64,000 bases of DNA. It comes from Sphagnum compactum. Its lineage: Eukaryota. The notes beneath the pieces are model-generated. The model was not told the origin of the DNA, did not search any database, and saw only the letters and a list, made by a program, of their open reading frames with translations. Shown piece after piece: positions 36,978 to 49,277 of this stretch. How positions within the stretch are numbered: position 1 is the stretch's first letter; each line of letters starts with the position of its first letter. The DNA lies in the NCBI GenBank assembly GCA_965153455.1, contig OZ234493.1, positions 17,040,213 through 17,104,212 of the forward strand. The letters are read 5' to 3'. The position numbers and the translations under genes are program-made.

Positions 36978-39097
36978 TAAATTTAACTTCAAGAATAGCA
37001 ATTACTTGTGGAGGTGAAGAAAATAGTGTTTTAGAATCAGAAGTCAAGACACTGGTACCCTAACTCTTGTGGACACAGGGAAATAGGGAATGGATCTCAA
37101 CTTGCATGGAATTGTTGTGGTAGATGGTGTCCAGGGAGAATGGTGATATATTACAGGTACTTGTCTAGAAACATTGAGATTGGTAGATGATCAAATTTGA
37201 CATAACTTGAAAATGCAGATCTCCATCCTGAATGGATAATGTATTGCTAATGTAGTTCTTCAGGTTTCAATACCATGTTTTAAGAAATTATTAGAAATTT
37301 CAGAACAGGGACAAGCAAAATGAAATGAAGCTTACCCATGCAAGCTTGGTATGCTTGAATGAGTGTACTTTTTTGTTGACTATGTTTCTTGAGTGCTTAT
37401 GAGCATCAGGACTGAGTCTTCCTGTCACCTCTGGACATACAACAGAAACTGAAGACATGGATTCAATGTGATGTATAAGGTCCATCTGCAACTTGCAGCA
37501 GCAGCTTCTTTAGTATTTTTTATTCCAACAGAACTATTTCCCTTTGTTGAATACAGTGGCCTCTGATATGGAGGTCTGCTCCCCCAAGTTGTTCCTCAGA
37601 AGTTGGACCCACTCTATGCCCCAAAACTACAAAACCCTTTCTGCAGTTGAATCTCTAGACACAGGTGAAGAAGATTTCAGCTTCTGAATCTAAAGCTCAT
37701 ATTGTACAAACTCGAAATGTCTTTAAAAAATCAAGAAAGGCCTTCCCTGTGTGAAAGAGCAATTACCAATAGCTGTAACCTGTCAACCTCGATGTTTCTA
37801 AGCTGGAGCTCCACATGGGCTTTGGCAAGAGTATGTGCTCCCATTAAGAGGGATCTAGAGAATCCATATCAGAAAGTTTTGTGAAATGTAATCTGGGTTA
37901 CCAAGAACCCAAATATGACATTGAATAGAACACAAATATGACATGACTGATGAAGGCCAGTTTGTCAGTTGCCAAATATATCAAATAGATCTATTGTCCG
38001 TTTTGTACAAGCCACTGAAGGCAACTTTTGAATTTGGCATGCAAATTGAAGACATGAAAACTCATGAGAGTTATTGTCTCCTTTGTTCCCTCTTTGCTGA
38101 TATGTTCATAGATCTGAAATCTCTCTCACCTTAGAACTAGGTTATTCAGGTGAAACACTGGTCTGTGGTTAGAGATGTTTGAGCTCCAAAGTACTTTGTA
38201 GTCAATTATAATCAACTTTGGAGTACAATTCTAACTGTCCACCTGCCATGATGACTCATTTATGTATACCATTGATCTCCAATTGGTCATATGTTGATAG
38301 TTGCACCGATACTGTCAAGGTGTGGACTCCTGGTGAGAAAGCTCTATGTCTTGTTTTTAGATTCAGTGTGATGCATACAGTATATAAGCAGTATATAACA
38401 TGCCTTATTATACTGTTTCACATTCTTAATCCTGATTTATTCTCTTAGTCATTACATGAACATCTGCCAGTTGCTCATTTATTTCCTTTAAACATCTGAC
38501 CTATTTGTCCAAAGTAGTAGATCTTGATGTAGGTGGGGTTTTGTAGTAAGGAAGAGGAACCAAGTAGTGTGGCACAAAGGCCTGGACAAATGCTGTAACT
38601 GAATAGATATCAGAGAAACAATCGACAACCCTACATGACACTCATGGATAATGATATGAGTTGACTAAAATAAGTGCAGGACCTCCTTGGTTCCTCTTCC
38701 AATGGCTTGCAGTAAGGAATCATCTTCCATGTGTATCCATCCATCCATCCCACCCATTGACACATTCTCAAAAAATATTTCTCTGGTTCTTTGACCCTGA
38801 GGGCCGCTGAGGTCCAACTATCCGGAAGAGGAAGTAATTTGACGCAATTCTCTCCACCTGCCAAGCATCAGAACCAAGTCTCAAAGTCTCAACCCTCTAC
38901 CAGATAGCTTTCATGACTGGCAACCTACATATTTCTGTTAGACCTGTGCCCAACTCAATTAAAAGGATCATGGCTTTCACAAATGCAATATAAACCTGGC
39001 ACATTTCTTTAACATGATGTCTCATTTTCTCATTAATGAGTCTTTTGTTGATGTTTTTTTCTAAGCATTTTTTGGATCTTTTTTGGCACCTTGACAG

Positions 39098-42009
39098 CAA
39101 CAGAGCCCAACTTGGAAGGAGCAACAAAGCAGAGATGAAAATCTTGTAGGCTGTGCCATCAAAATCTGGTGGCCAGTTGATCAACAGTCAGTATCTCCAT
39201 GTTGGTCAATGCTGGACTTCTTTGCTCTATGTAGCAGACCATCTACCTGACTATAATATGCATTCACCTTCATCACCGTATGACAATGCAGTGCCTAAAG
39301 CGAGTACAATCTGAATAAACTACCACCCATTTAAAAAAACTCAAATTATGAAGACCCAGTCCAAATGTATCTCAATGTACTCTGTACTGCAGGTTTCAGC
39401 TCAGAAGCCCCATGTATGGATGGATTTCTGAGAGGTTACTCCTAACAAGAAACTCTTTTCACTTCCTGTGGCTGATGGATTTGAAGCTTACGAGAGCTTT
39501 AGAGACCTCAATTTAAGAACAACACTTCTCAAATTGGAGAAGTATATTGCATCCCTTTGAACGCTGCCCCTGTCACTGTATAGGGAGCCAGCATCAGTGC
39601 TTCCATCTCAGTGAAGCGGAATAATGTATTCCCATCCAGTTTTTCATATTCAGTAAGTTTTTATTTCTTGTGGGCTGGATGAGGTTCTACAAAGGAGAGG
39701 TTGTTTTTATGATTCAAAAAAGAGGTGCCACAGGGTGAGGTGCTGGTTATCAATTAGTTGTATATTATCATTCCGCAATGTGTGATTTCATGCACAATAC
39801 AGTGCCCTGTGGATGCATGCTTGATTGCTAAATTGCTCGTTTCCTTCCTCCTTGCCAATTCTTAGAAGGAAATGAGGAAGCAAAGAAAGGCACTAAACTG
39901 GTCCATTGCATATCCCTCAAGGTAGTGTATGACGATGGAGAACAAGAAGTCCTTAATCTGCTGAAGGAATGTTGGGAACTTACTGCTGAGAGGAAGGGAC
40001 TGAAAGTGAGTTTTGAAACTCTGGGCTTGTTTCTGGCATCTGAATTCACAATTACGCTCGAGGGTTTTTTCTGTTTTATCCACTGCACCTTTATGCTAAC
40101 CCAGGCAAATACAGATCTCTGAAGTAATGCTGCTGCTTTCTATCTAAATAATTGCAGCATGGTTTTAATATATTTTTTCATGTTCCAGGTGTCAGTAGAC
40201 CCAACTTCAACACCCACACAGACAACAGCAAACCAGTAAATCTCTCAGCATTGGCCTAGTTTTCCTCAATGATCTCTGCATACATATTTAGTGCTTGGGA
40301 TCTATGCCATGTCTATTGACTTATTTTCTATTATTTATCTTTGCTTGCAGAAGGTACTCCGTTCCATTTTGAATCTGCTGTGGACGATAGTAAACATTGT
40401 ATTCTTGCAACACAGGGAAAGAAGAAGGTGACAACAGGCAGCAAGGCAGCAGAACAGCAAGATTGTATCTCAGGACTGCCTCAGCAAGTGTACGTACCTG
40501 TCCCTTGCTCAGATGTACATACTGGTGTGTATATGCCAGTTCCACATGGGCTTCAACCTTTGTCAAGCATGTGCTATTATTTCTAACCTTTTCGTGTTAT
40601 TTCACCATGCCAATCTGGAAGGAACCTTCATGCTTTTAAGCTTCATTGTGGCCTTTTTGTCCAGTTTCTTGATCTTCAGAATGCAATTTCCTATGAGATT
40701 CTTAAGAGGAAGTGGAGTGCATGGGGCCAAGCTCTTCTTTCAGGACCTTGGATTCTATTTCAATTTGAGTCTTTACAAGACAACCATTCAAGCTTATTTA
40801 CACTTTTTTCAAGATCATGTCTCTAGGAAGGGAAAATCATCAGCAAAAGCACATAAAGACAGTGATCCTCAGAGGGCTGGAAAAGGAACTCGGGAGGTCA
40901 AATCTGCTGATTTCAAGAGCTCACCTTCAAAACTTCTGAGTGAACATGAATTTGAGAATGATGGTGATGATGTCATAGGCGACAAGGATGCTGCAAAGCA
41001 ATTGGAAACAGGTCATCTGTCATCCTAGACTTACGCAATATAGTTTTCCTTCTGCCTTTGAGGGTACTCCCTGCATATAGTCAATGAAAGGACATGGTTG
41101 AACACTAAAGTACTGTGCTGACCTGTATATAATTGCCAGGATCCATAGCTTTTGAATTTGTAAAGATTGGAAATCAATCATTGCTTTCTTTGCAATACTG
41201 CTTCTGTGTACCTTTCTAGTAAAAATGTGCATGTGCAGATAAGCTTTCTGTTGTGTACAGTCAATCTCAAGGAACTGTGAAGTGGGTGAACCAGTTGTGC
41301 TTTGGTGCATTTTTAAAGGCTATCATCCTATGTTTCCTGTGGCATAAACAGATTCATCTGAGAACATTAGTAAGGCTGACAGGGACAAAGATGCAGAAAA
41401 CTCTGTCAAGGAAAATGTATATGGAGTGTAATGGTTTCAGGAAGACCAGATTCAAGGAACATGGCTGTAGATGCTGCTGCTGATGATAACCAGCCTGTCA
41501 TCAGGCTCCTATCTTCATCTCACTATTGTCCTCTACATTTCTTGTTTCCATTTTATCAAACACAGTGAGACTACTAGTAGAGATACTGTCATATGACCCC
41601 AGGAATGTAGTGCTGTCAGACTTACTGCAAGGCATAGAGAGATGTGGCAAAGACTGTCCTGTGGGCATTGGGCTCTGTTTGGACATTGATTATCTTCATT
41701 TTGTTTCTTGCTTGTTAGAACTGAGGATTTCTTGTTGCCTATCTTCAAGAGACCATAGGTCTTTGGAAAGAGGTCACCCATGCTTCAGTATACTTCAAGC
41801 TGTCAGATGGAGGTTTCTGTGTTGAAATTAGCGTCGTCAATTCCTTGGTGATTCATTGTGTAGAAACTGCAATTTTATAATTCTATCTTTGTGCCAGGTG
41901 GGTGCATGTCTATGTTTGTAGATGTTCGGATGAATTTAGACTAAAGCATGATCACCTGGAGGCTCTGTTGCAGGACATGTGGAGAAGGCAAAGACAGATT
42001 ATACACTGA
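39098..42009 (+). pseudogene. PDS5-like C-terminal fragment (Tudor/Agenet domain plus charged tail), decayed
   Basis: Exons about 39098-39186, 39684-39733 and 39922-40005 splice to ENLVGCAIKIWWPVDQQFYKGEVVF(fs)DSKKRCHRVVYDDGEQEVLNLLKECWEL, a Tudor domain typical of plant PDS5. Further K/S/D-rich exons (about 40814-41011, about 41352-41500) end in DDNQPVI..WRRQR (stop 42007-42009). Frameshift at about 39705 and internal stops. Exon-like debris extends upstream to about 37400. No HEAT-repeat region seen. Confidence 0.7.
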
Positions 42010-44432
42010 TTTTGTATGCTGTACTGAGTGAACTGCAATCGTCCTTTGAGCAAGTAAGTTTTCAGGTGAATACTTCAACCTCAGGATGTTGGTAATTGAT
42101 TTGTAGTCCTGCTGGGAGTGGTTCTGGGTTGAGCATTAACCATCATTCTGCTGTTAAAGATGCAAGGTGAATCATGTTGGCTGCCTAATTTATATTGGAA
42201 CATAAGAGGAGGGATGAATTTCAAATTAAGCATGTAATGTCCTAAGATGACTTCCCTCTGAGTTCATGTCATTATCATGCGGGTTTGTTTTGGGCTGATG
42301 TGGGACCAGGGTTGTTTATGAAGAGAGATAAGCCAATTTGTTTCACTACTTCTTTGAATGCTTGGGGCTGGTTTACAAGGTCAATTGAAATCCCTTTTAA
42401 AGCAGCTTTGGGACTATGGTAAGGCATTCCACTGCTGGGAGAATTGTACCGTTTAGGCCTTTGCGTACTTAGGCTTAGATTTTCCTTGTACAAGGATGAG
42501 CTAAAAGGGAAATGGAAATGAAGTTTAAACCCTACAAGCTTGTCACAGTGTGAATGAGGATGCTATGAAACTGTAAGATTCTCTGTGGCTCAAGTGCACT
42601 GCTGAATGTCATGACTGAGTTTTGCCTCTGCTTCCAGAAATGCACAGGAAACTCAGGACAGTCATGTTTATGTAATAGTTTACCCAAAAGTAGACACTGA
42701 TAGATAAGCTCATAGATAAGCTGCCCCTGAACATGATTCCCAAAAACCCTCAAATTCTTTGAATTGTCAGAGTGGATGACTGCACCTTTTGGACCCTATA
42801 TCTGCTTCACTCATACCACCTCTGATTTGTGTCAAACTAGAATTTTACAAGTTTGATTGGAACATAACCAAAGGACACTTTTCCTTCACCCTAGGCAAAT
42901 CTTTAATAATCTAATCCCATCAAACCTCCTGTCAGTTTAGACATTGAATCTGTAAATATGCTTAAATGACCATCACAAAACACCACAACAACCACTCTCA
43001 TTCACAAGGCTTCTGTAGGGAATATTTCCTTTACCCTCACAATGAGCAAACTTTCCCTTTCTTGGTTTATCAGCGCATCATCATTATCTTCACATGAATT
43101 CTTCACAAATCTTTGAAGCTTCTTGTTTATCAAATTCCTCCATCAATGGCTTGGTCTTCCTTTTATCGTTATGAAGCTTGTTGATGGTGCTTTCCATGTT
43201 CCCATTGCTGACCCATGTCACTCTCTAATCATGCTCCTGGGAGTCCAAATACTGTTTTAGTTTCCCATGAGTCATGGATATTTTGGAACACAATAACATA
43301 GGGAGCAGCTCAAGAAGGGTGTTGAGAAGGGAGCCAATTTGATCAAGCTAGCAGAGCATGGACCCTTGTGAAGGGATGAAGGCACACATTGACACAGTTC
43401 TATCAAACCTAAAACACTGCTATCAGTCACACTGAGCTTGCTAGGCATAAAGAATCAAAATTCAAGCCAATCTGATTTTGGTAGAGCATCATCTTGTTTT
43501 CCTTGCTGATGCTAAGGTTAGCCTACTGTAGAATGCTTCTGTGAGAACACTAACAATTGGTTTTTAATGCAGAATGAAACTTTTTAATAGCTTCTATTGT
43601 GGTACTGTATATATTTATGGGCCCCTGTACAAAACTATAAGTCTCCCTACCCAGATAACTCAAATCATATCTACATGATTGTTAGTGAATAATATACACC
43701 AGAGCTCTTTCGTGAGGTTTTTTCGCATTGTATGCCATAGCCACATAGTCATAGTATCCAATTCCATCTTAGAAGCCATAGCTGCACAATCCCACTAGAA
43801 TTCTTCTCAGGATGCACTAGAATTTGGACTAATACACCAAACCCGTGCAATAGAATGAGTACCTAAATCTGCTTCAGCACTTAAACTTTGAGCAATGATC
43901 AATCATGCAACATCAGAACCCTCATCACTATTGCAATAAGATCAACGAAACATGCTGCAAAAAGGCACTCTCATGGGTTCCATAACTTACCCTAGGGTAC
44001 AGACAATGGAAGACCATATCAAAGAATAATACTCTAACCTGCTTATGTTAGACTATCACATCAGCTCCACAGTCTAGAAGAGCAGTAAATAAGTTCAACT
44101 CAATTTCTCTAATGTGATTGGCAAGGCTGAAGTTCAGGCTGCAGAATGGAGCTGATAAGTACAGAAAGTGAACTACTTAGGTCAACATGAAAAGTTCAAT
44201 CGACAGCACAATGATCTTGCACCCATCAAAGTATTCCAACTCCTACCTTTTTACTAACAAATTGCAGAGTTTTGAAGCTAAACCAGCATTCTAGGGGTAG
44301 CTAGTTGCTGCTTAAGAAAGCCACTATTTGGAGTATACCCTAAGTTGGGCATGACTTGCACTCACTCAATTTTCTAGGTCAGTGAACAAAACTGCGATGC
44401 CAAACCAGGTAGAGAAGATGGCATTACCTCCA

Positions 44433-46394
44433 TCAGTGCCAAGTGCCACTCCCAGCTGTGATGACAGCTAATTTGAAGAATGCAGCTGCATAATAGCACG
44501 TCTCAAATGTATTCGGAGGAAGAGAGTTGTGGATGTGTCTTCCGGAACGATACACACTGACTATCCACGTGATAACGGCGCCCAGCCACAATGTGCTGAC
44601 ACTGCACAACAGTTGCACCTCCTTCCTTGCTTGCAAAACAGGTGGGAAGATGTTTCCTGCCACAACCAACAACGTTGTGCACGCTTCCACTCGCGGGAAC
44701 ATGTACACCACAAGCTTCCAAAATTTTGCTCTGGGCGCGACCAATGCATAAGAGTATGTCAGGGTCTCAGCTATGAGTGCCAGTACTTGGATAAGCCCAC
44801 CCAGAGCCCAGAACAAGATTCCAGGCTTCTTTCGGTACAGCCCAGATTGGTACAGAACGGCAGGAATCCCCCCGCCCACCCTACCCAACCAGAAGCCCAC
44901 CAACAGAATCCAGAAAAGCAAATTCAAGGCGATGGCGAAGAGGTAACCTATCCCCGTAGTTGGAGGGCAGCGAAGAACATATGTGTACTTGAGACTCGTC
45001 GGGTCCAATGGTTGGAAGAATCTCAATTGATCCACAAAGTGCCCAGCGTAGGGAGCGCCTCCGGATTCCGATGCAACGAAACCGGATACAACTCTTCGGG
45101 CAGCAAGGCTACTCGTGAAAGGATCGATGGTGAAAACGACAGTCAAGGAAACCATGACAGCAATTTCGATGAGATGGAGTAAGAAGCATCTCCATCGGCT
45201 CGTTTGCCACAAGGATTCCTCTGTATTTAACCTGCGCTCCAATCTTGTGTCTAGCAGGGCTCCGATCACTCGCGGTGCTCTGTTTCGTGATGCTTCATCT
45301 CGGCAAATGAACTCGTCCCTTATCATCTTCACCAGTTCATCTTGGTCATACAATGGGATGAGTAGGGCACCAATGTCTGGCCTACCATCGTCCAAAATAT
45401 TCAAAAGTGAGTTCACACCCATGGCCACTTGTGGAGGCATAAGTTGGGCCCTAGCCACTCTCTCAGATTCTGATATCCTGTAAAGAAAGAGAAGTTTCAG
45501 AGACTCAGAACAGAGGTTTCTAAGTTTGGATGTCAAGACGGTGACGAACAAAAAAGGGTCACAACCTCCTAGGTCATGCGATTGATGCAGTTTTGTGAGG
45601 ACAAACACATACCTCTCTCGTGTCGGTTTCGCGAAGTTCCAGTGCACATCCTGAATCCAGCAATTGGAGCTTAACAGAAGAGCTTTGCTAGGATTCTCGA
45701 TGCACAGGATCACCTGATCCCCCCATTCCTCTTGTAGCAGTTCAACACATGAGTCCGGACAGGTGACAAGGATGCACCTACAATTGATGTTGTCTGGGTC
45801 CACTTCTGGACCTGCTAATTTCCATTTTACAACAGCACACTCCATACCCGCACCCTGGAAAATCCTTGTGGTGAGAAGCGACAATCCTATGGACTCAAGA
45901 TTTGACACAAGTAATATATCCGGTGTAGTAATCTCGGCAGGACCGGTGTCAATGACTGTGTATTGCCAGTCCCTGAGCATGCTCTCGTACGCCAAATCTG
46001 CCCTGGCTAGAACTGTGATTCCCGCTGACAAAACTGCAAGCGTTGTTAACCCGCTCTCCAAAAAGCTTACGTTGGAGTTGAGGGTGGTGAGAGAGTCGGC
46101 CTGACCCCGGACACTGCGGACCCAACAACTTATCGCAACGGTCCGAAACCACACCCTCTTCATTGCCTCAGGTTTCCCAAACCGATTCTCGATCCCGTTC
46201 CACCCCTCCAGGTATGCTGTCTGTTTCCGAAATCTGCCGGTGGAGACTGGTGCAAGAAGGGCTGGTGAACACCAGTCTGTAGTAGTCTCTGCAGAAGCTG
46301 CTGGATATGCCGACATGTCTGTCGGAGCCCAGCAAAAGGCTACAGCAGAACGAATTGATGTAGGATACAACCACCCATCACCGATCGCTACCAT
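44433..46394 (-). CDS. Uncharacterised intronless multi-pass membrane protein (653 aa)
   Basis: Uninterrupted 1962-bp ORF, clearly GC- and CpG-richer than its flanks. One hydrophobic segment near aa 115-132, a soluble Cys-containing middle region of about 270 aa, and about 5-6 hydrophobic segments in the C-terminal 250 aa. Alternative start M78 (46163). Confidence 0.8.
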   Translation of the reverse strand: MVAIGDGWLYPTSIRSAVAFCWAPTDMSAYPAASAETTTDWCSPALLAPVSTGRFRKQTAYLEGWNGIENRFGKPEAMKRVWFRTVAISCWVRSVRGQADSLTTLNSNVSFLESGLTTLAVLSAGITVLARADLAYESMLRDWQYTVIDTGPAEITTPDILLVSNLESIGLSLLTTRIFQGAGMECAVVKWKLAGPEVDPDNINCRCILVTCPDSCVELLQEEWGDQVILCIENPSKALLLSSNCWIQDVHWNFAKPTRERYVFVLTKLHQSHDLGGCDPFLFVTVLTSKLRNLCSESLKLLFLYRISESERVARAQLMPPQVAMGVNSLLNILDDGRPDIGALLIPLYDQDELVKMIRDEFICRDEASRNRAPRVIGALLDTRLERRLNTEESLWQTSRWRCFLLHLIEIAVMVSLTVVFTIDPFTSSLAARRVVSGFVASESGGAPYAGHFVDQLRFFQPLDPTSLKYTYVLRCPPTTGIGYLFAIALNLLFWILLVGFWLGRVGGGIPAVLYQSGLYRKKPGILFWALGGLIQVLALIAETLTYSYALVAPRAKFWKLVVYMFPRVEACTTLLVVAGNIFPPVLQARKEVQLLCSVSTLWLGAVITWIVSVYRSGRHIHNSLPPNTFETCYYAAAFFKLAVITAGSGTWH

Positions 46395-48967
46395 ATAATG
46401 GACACTTATTCATATTTTCCTTATGGGATCGCTAACTTGAATTCAATGTTTATGAAACATCTTTGAACTGCAAAGGAAAAGAATGGAAGAAGAAAAATAA
46501 GTTTTTCAAATTACAAATGCATTTTTTTCATCTTAGCCTCCTCCTAAGGTAGTCAAGGCTACCACCGATCCCTCCTCGCGTAGTCAGGACAACCACCAAA
46601 CACTTGGATCCTCACACATTGTTCCTCTGCTTCTGAAGCTGAAAGAACATGTCCTCTTCACCTAACGCTTCCAACTTCACAAACATGCTCATTTCAATAA
46701 AGGAATGGGGGAAATATGGGATGTTTGGTGAGGTGAATTAAAATAGATTAGGAATTTGAGCTTAAAATCTTTGATCGATGCATCATTGCCTCTAAAATGC
46801 AAAGAAGTTTTGTAAAACCTTAGTTAGCGCACTCATTAGGTTTTAAATCACTCAAAACAAAGTAAAATTGATAGAGATATGGGGTTGGAACTAGAGAGGG
46901 GCCTAGAGCTATTTTTTTCAATTTTTTTAAAGCAAACTATCACTCATCTTATTCCTATGTTTTTTTCTTTGCTCATTTTTTTTGACACTCAAAGAACATT
47001 TGTTTCCTTTTAGTTTGCATTTCCAATGACACAAAATTTGATTAATTTAGTTAACAAATGAAAAAAATAGTGGAAAATGTTTGATGATTAATTTATGTTT
47101 GGTAATGGGCATAACTACCCTACTTCCAAAGCTTACAACTTTCTCATATCATGTTCAATTCGAACAATCTAAAACAATATGGGAGCTTCAACTTAATCTC
47201 TACAAATTATTTTTCAAAGTTCATGACTTTTTCAACTCTTGTTCAATTCAAACAATTTGAAGTGATATGAAGCATCAACTTAAGCATTACAAATCATCTT
47301 TCAACTCCAAAGGCAATGAAATGTTTGGGCATTTGGTTGTTTGATTATAGTCTTCCAATTGTTTAATTGTTTTCCATTTCAACTTTTTACCCCCTCTACT
47401 TTGGGGGTGCCATAAATTTTTTAAGTTTGTTCTATTTTTTACGATTTTTAATGCTTTGGATGTGCCAAGAGAAAGGCTTCAAACATAGTGACAGGAGAAT
47501 GGACACAATCTCCTTGAACCTTTAAATTATCACCCACCAGGTTTTCTACCTTACAATAACATGATTAAAAAGAAAAAGTTTCCAAGCATCATGCATACAA
47601 GATGTCCAATCCCCTCTTTCATAGGTTTGAACAAGGTCTATTTTATTTACTAAACCATGGTGGTGTATGGGCCATCATAATCATGATGACAACCACTAGG
47701 CAACCATTACAATTGAGGTTCAAGAAATGCCCACAATGAAAAGAATGTCACTTGAAACCAAGATGTCATGGTGCCAGCAAACATTGTTCATGGTTCAGAT
47801 ATTTTGGCTCCACATGTTTCAAAGAAATCCAAAAGGATTCTAATTCACCTGAAGGAAAAAGAGTTAAGGACACTTGATGCAATGCAACACAAGTGGAAAA
47901 ACTACACAAATCATAGGCATTAAAAAATGTTGGTAATGTTATAAAATAAAGAAATTTGATCAATCAAAAGATGAGAGGACCTTTACTACAACCACTAATA
48001 AAAAATAGTGAAAACTTTGATATTTGTAGGAAGGTAATCAATTCTAAATTATTAGTGTAAACTCTAATATCCAAATATTATTCCCTTCTTTCACACCATA
48101 TGGATCTATTGCTTTAACTTCCCCTTTATGTTTCGTTGTCATATCTATTCCTAAGATGTCCTACATTAAAATTGAAATGCATTAAACATTGTCATCAAAT
48201 AACATGTGTGTCTATTGCAATTCTAAGGTAGAAGACCCACTATTGCCACTTTTAAAATTTTCACATATGTGGAGATGTGCACTAGACTCCTATTTGAATT
48301 AAATTTTTGGATTAGTCAAGATCAAATATACAAACAACTATGAACTATAAACCTTGAACCCCAAACCTATGATAAAAACAAATGTAAAGGCTTACTTGAA
48401 AGGGTCAATGACCAATTTTTTGCATTGAAAAACCAAATGCTTGTGAATTGCTATGGGCCAAGGCACCAATAATGGGTGACTGAGCTGCATGTTGATATAA
48501 TGAAACAACTTGCACCAATTCTTCAAATAGTTTGTTTAACTAATTGCCCAAACCATTCATGTCTAAATTTGAAGGGACAACCTTTGTAGATGATACATCT
48601 TATTATGAACTATCATAAGTGAAAATATGTTGAGGATGAATGTTAATTTGCAAAATATTCTTGTTATTGAAGGATGACTTAATCGCATTATAATCCCTAG
48701 ATTTTCCCAATTTGGTAGAATAAAAATGAAACAAACATCAATAATCTAAAATGACATATCATCTTGACATAATGGGTGGCATTGAGTGCACTGAATCCCC
48801 TTTTAACAATCCACAATTTTGACGTTGTTCAAAAAATCCAAATGTGGTCATGTGTTCTTAACTCTTTGGGTGGGCTTCCAACATTGCCTAATATTTCATC
48901 TTGTATGATGATATTGATAGCATTTAGTTGAATTCCACAACTTGACTAAATCCTGCAACCAAAAGTT

Positions 48968-49277
48968 TGTCAATATTTTATTTGGTAGTAGCAGCATAAT
49001 TAAGATTTAATCAATATTGCATTTGATGAGCTAGTGGTATCAAGGTATCAAGCTCAATACAATAATAAGTTTCAAGATACACCTCATCTTGAAGAGCTAC
49101 TTCAAGTTCTTTGTTGACTACTTGTCAATATTTTGTTTGGTAATAACTGCATAATTAAGATTCAATCGATATTGCATTTGATGAATTGGTGGTATCAAGG
49201 TATCAAGTTCAATACAATAGTAAGTTTCAAAATACACTTTGTCTTGAAGAGCTACTTCAAGTTCTTTGTTGACTATT
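48968..49277. repeat. Tandem duplication, about 155-bp unit x2
   Basis: TGTCAATATTTT...GCATAATTAAGATT...GTGGTATCAAGGTATCAAG...TGAAGAGCTACTTCAAGTTCTTTGTTGACTA occurs at about 48968 and about 49123. Confidence 0.8.

Noticed and set aside
44529..46104. Plus-strand ORFs (217, 122 and 113 aa) opposite the 653-aa gene
   Set aside because: Antisense shadows with no recognisable protein features.
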